Origin: Bugula neritina
Lineage: Eukaryota > Animalia > Bryozoa
Direction of reading: 5' to 3'
DNA: 64,000 nucleotides
Assembly (NCBI GenBank): GCA_964035545.1
Contig: OZ037767.1
Span: 29,776,628-29,840,627 of the forward strand
The position numbers and the translations under genes are program-made. A model generated the notes under the pieces. The model ran no database searches. It was not told the origin of the DNA and saw only the letters and a program-made list of their open reading frames with translations. Each line of letters opens with the position of its first letter. The first letter of the stretch is position 1. Below, piece after piece: positions 60,161 to 64,000 of this stretch.

Positions 60161-63100
60161 TCAAACCAGTTCAGCTTGGTAGGCCATAGCTAAGGATTTT
60201 AGTTTGCCAAATGACCTGTGTACATGCTTCATCTCAGTGGATGCGTACCCAACACTGTCCATGTATCTAGCCTCTGCCACAGCCAGCACCTTCTCTTCTA
60301 GCCATGACGCGTTCTTTAGAATAAACTTGTTGCGGTTCTACAATATGAGAAAATATGCAGACCAAAATAATTTCAACTGATCTATTAAGCAACATGAGAA
60401 TAAGCCTTTAGAAAATCAATGTGTGAAACCATCTCAATTCAAATGAAATGCTGTTGCATGTTTACAGGCAAAAATAATGCATTAAAACCCTCAAGCATCT
60501 GGTACTATTCTTTGTCTAAGGTCCTGTTATGTCAGAGTGAATACCAGCTTGTCTCAAGTGACCCTATACTCTGATAATGGTTGGCTAATAGTGGCAGCCG
60601 ATAGAATATGTCTGACTAGTCGTCAATATCTCCGACAGCAACCAGAGTTGCCAGAGACGTCTGCTAATATAAAGTGTGGCCAGGAAGTGAAAATATCACA
60701 ACCACCGCAAAGTACCATTTACACGCTTTTACCACACGAAGCTCTACTGCAACCCTCACTGTTCTCCATTATGTAGGGTTACATATTAGGTAGGGTTCTC
60801 TATTACTTACGGGGCATATCTATTACGTATAGGGATTTCGGCAATTGCTTACCTCTTTAATGTTAACAACAGAGGTGAGGGAATTCTCGATGTGTAGTAC
60901 AAGACAACTCCACATCTTCTGGATACCAGAGTCAACCAGATACTGAACACTCGGCTGATTCATCTTCAACAAATCCTCCAGGAAAGTAATGCCTGATTTA
61001 CAGAAGGTTAGACTGTGCTCCGTCAGTGATATGTACAGCTTGTCTGATTCTACAAAAGGAACATAGGCTACACGTTGTACGCACTCAGTGGTGGAATAAA
61101 TGATAGTAACTCAAGCCATGTGATTAGAACCCCCCTAGCAGATGAAGAATTGACAGTGTCATCATTTCCTAAATAAATAATGCTTAAGAAAAGTATAGCG
61201 TTCATAGCTCTACTATCTCCAATTCAAGAGAATAAATCAATAGTTGGAACAGCTTTCACTGCTACAGTACTACAGTAGTCATAGTAGGAAGTTATAGTAC
61301 TACCAGTAGTCAAAGTAATGAGTCATAGTACTACCAGTAGTCGTAGTAGAGAGTTATAGTACTACCAGTAGTCGTAGTAGAGAGTTATAGTACTACCAGT
61401 AGTCGTAGTAGAGAGTTACAGTGCAGAGTCACAGTACATACAGTAAACACTCACAGTGACTGTATAGAGCATATTGAACACCCACCATGAGACACGTGAC
61501 TCTCTATGTCTGTGAAGCCAGCGCTAATCATACTGTCTAACAGAGAGTTTAACTTGGATTTACTCTGAAAGTGTTTTGGCTGCCAATCATCACTCTACAG
61601 GACAAGATGCAAGACTGTTACATGTCATTACTGAAGAGAATAACACTAACATTGTATGAGATAGTAGATGAAAACAATGCTAAGTTGGAGTTATAGGCCC
61701 CTGAACATGAGGTGTGAACAACTGCTTACCAGTTCATTCTAGAGAGTGTCTAGGATAAAGTGACATCACATTAAAGGTAATGAATCAATTCAAAATAAAT
61801 TTATATTACTAGAAGAGAATAAAATAGACGTCAAAAAATGAATTTCATCCAATTAAAAAACATGTTTGTTTTGGTTTCATACATGTCCAAATAAATTATA
61901 TTGAGGATAACTTCTGCAGAAATATATTATTATGATCCAGAGGGGTTAACCTGAACAAATAACTCTAACCTCTGCTCTTTTAGCACAGGAGTCCAAAAAG
62001 TTGTGGATGTGTTCTTCAATTGATCTCTCTACATCTTCGTGTATCAGAGAATTGAACATAAACTCTAAGTCTAAACCAACTTCTTGTAGCTGCAAAAACA
62101 TTTAAAAGTTTCAAATGCGATCATAGACACAACATTCAATTTTACGTATTACTAGTTTGCTTGGGTTGTTTCATTAGTGATTTACAAAAGTACTTTGAAT
62201 AAGTAAAAGCTTGAAAAAAATCATACTTTTCCAGGGAAGGTACAATTGATGAAACCAACACATGCATAGTTATGGACTTACAATAACCAGAATAAAGGAA
62301 ATGGGTTGATAACTACTGATACACCTATAACTCTGAAGCATCAGTGAATTCTAATGAGTGAAATTAGAGCAGCGAGTCTATTTACTAAATGCTAGAGTTG
62401 CATTGGAATCATAGCATTTGGTTGAACATCATAACTGATACTCCAACACATTCTTATGATACCATCACTGATACTTCAACACATACTGATGACATCATCA
62501 CTGATACTCCAACACATACTGATGACATCATCACTGATACTCCAACACATTCTTATGACATCATCAAAGTCCAAACCGATGATGTCATAAAGATTAATCA
62601 AGAAAATCAAATTAACATTTGAAACGCATCTGGTATCACCATACTCATTACAATTGACCTCTCCAGTTGATCTGAACACACTTGAAGACATAAACCTGAC
62701 GCTCACCTTTGTACACGAGGTTCTGGCTATATACACACAGTCAGCTATAGCAGATATTCCTGACTTACTACCAAATACTTGTCTCTTGTACACCTCTACA
62801 AAGCTTTCTAGCTCCTCTCTAGCCCACACAATCACACCTGCAGCATATAAACCCAGGCTATTGTATGTGTCACCTACACTAAAAGGCCTGTGGTATATTG
62901 TGTTTAGCTCTTAATCTGTCCTGTAGCCACTCTTTACAGCTCAGAGATATCAAAACAAATCATCAATACAAACTCTCAGCTAATATATTAAAACATCAAA
63001 TCACACAGAAAAAGAAATAATATAAAGAAGATATAGAAATATAAGAATCTCTGTCCAGGAATGGATAAGAAAATATTGAATTTTGCAAATTTGTCAAAAT

Positions 63101-63988
63101 AAATTTCATCAGGTTAGGACTGAACTCTCCACACTGGATGGTGATACGATTTATAGAGTACATCTACCACAGTGTTTATACGATGCTGCTGTAATAAAAA
63201 TTTTCCATATAAATAGACGGAGTTGACTATTTCGTAGTTTCACCTGAAAAACAGCCATAGAACTGCTGAGGAAAAGCCTTGTAGAACTCCTTGCATGTCT
63301 CTTTGAGTGTATCGAAAAATACTTCACAAAGTCGTCTGATATATAGGCTGGTGGCGCCCTCTATCTTCAACTGTCTCATGTTATATCTAATCACTATGTC
63401 TCTATTCTTCAGGAAGAGTCTACATGCCTGTGGGTAAGTAAAAATTCATAAGAAATGTCAGCTGGCCAGATGTCTGGACTTGTATTAATAAAACTAGAAC
63501 CACAGCCAAGTAGTAAGTTGTGATCTTGAAACACTTCCAGCTCTTTGAGTAATTATTCTGGACATTAACATCCTTGGAAACTAATCTGAAGACATGCAGC
63601 TATAGCTTTAAATCTCCTCCATCAGACACCTTTCAATATTCCAGCAAAAAACTAGAGTACGTAAAGTCCAATACTGGAACTATTGAACATTTACTTTCTA
63701 GTAACAACCTGAGGTACTGAGTCTTAAGAGTTGCATTGCGGTTTCAAGCCTCCTTATATGGTATTTTGTCATATATCATATATTATATCATCTCATTTGT
63801 AAAGATTTAATCAGACATACTAGGTAACTAAACTGACACTAACCTGTGCTGACTTGCCGAGACGTATGAGCTGAGTGACAGCTGTGCGGGCACTGTTTGT
63901 CCCTGACCTCATTGTTCTCTCGGGAGGAGCGAGCAACTCCTGCATCAGAATATCCGTGAGCTGCTTGACTCGGTGATCTACTCTTGCA
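60161..63988 (-). CDS. EXOC8: Exocyst complex component 8 (Exo84), C-terminal half; gene continues beyond the window
   Basis: Exons 63988-63844, 63427-63244, 62837-62707, 62089-61970, 61594-61486, 61049-60853, 60337-60161. RVKQLTDIL...AVTQLIRLGKSAQACRLFLKNR...RQLKIEGATSLYIRRLCEVFF and VWAREELESFVEVYKRQVF match recalled EXOC8 sequence. Confidence 0.93.
61265..61420. repeat. 31-bp intronic minisatellite
   Basis: (tagtactaccagtagtcgtagtagagagtta) x ~5. Confidence 0.9.
62428..62565. repeat. 30-bp intronic minisatellite
   Basis: (catcactgatactccaacacatactgatga) x ~4.5. Confidence 0.9.
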
Positions 63989-64000
63989 CTGTGGGTAAAT

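Overview
AT-rich, intron-containing invertebrate (metazoan) genomic DNA. The left 36 kb is a tandem array of minus-strand, six-exon genes encoding secreted proteins with a signal peptide, a CRP-like pentraxin domain and a C-terminal six-Cys PAN/apple domain. Four copies are complete and intact, and a fifth is split by a young full-length BEL/Pao LTR retrotransposon. The paralogs fall into two types (A, B) plus an apparent A/B mosaic. They are near-identical over most exons but differ in patches, some of which align with the ligand pocket and a Ca2+ ligand position of CRP, which suggests a diversifying pattern-recognition cluster. Each duplication unit also carries the last two exons of the neighbouring gene, in a phase that allows in-frame fusion to the pentraxin domain. 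The right half holds that uncharacterised multi-exon neighbour (an intact Gypsy/Mag element lies in its predicted first intron), a probable single-pass glycoprotein with ITIM-like and NPxY motifs, a type II membrane glycosyltransferase-like gene and the 3' half of EXOC8. piggyBac-, Harbinger- and Mutator/Merlin-like MITEs, a THAP transposase remnant, SINE-like fossils and micro/minisatellites are scattered throughout. Gene models were read by eye from GT-AG sites and codon phase; no searches were run.
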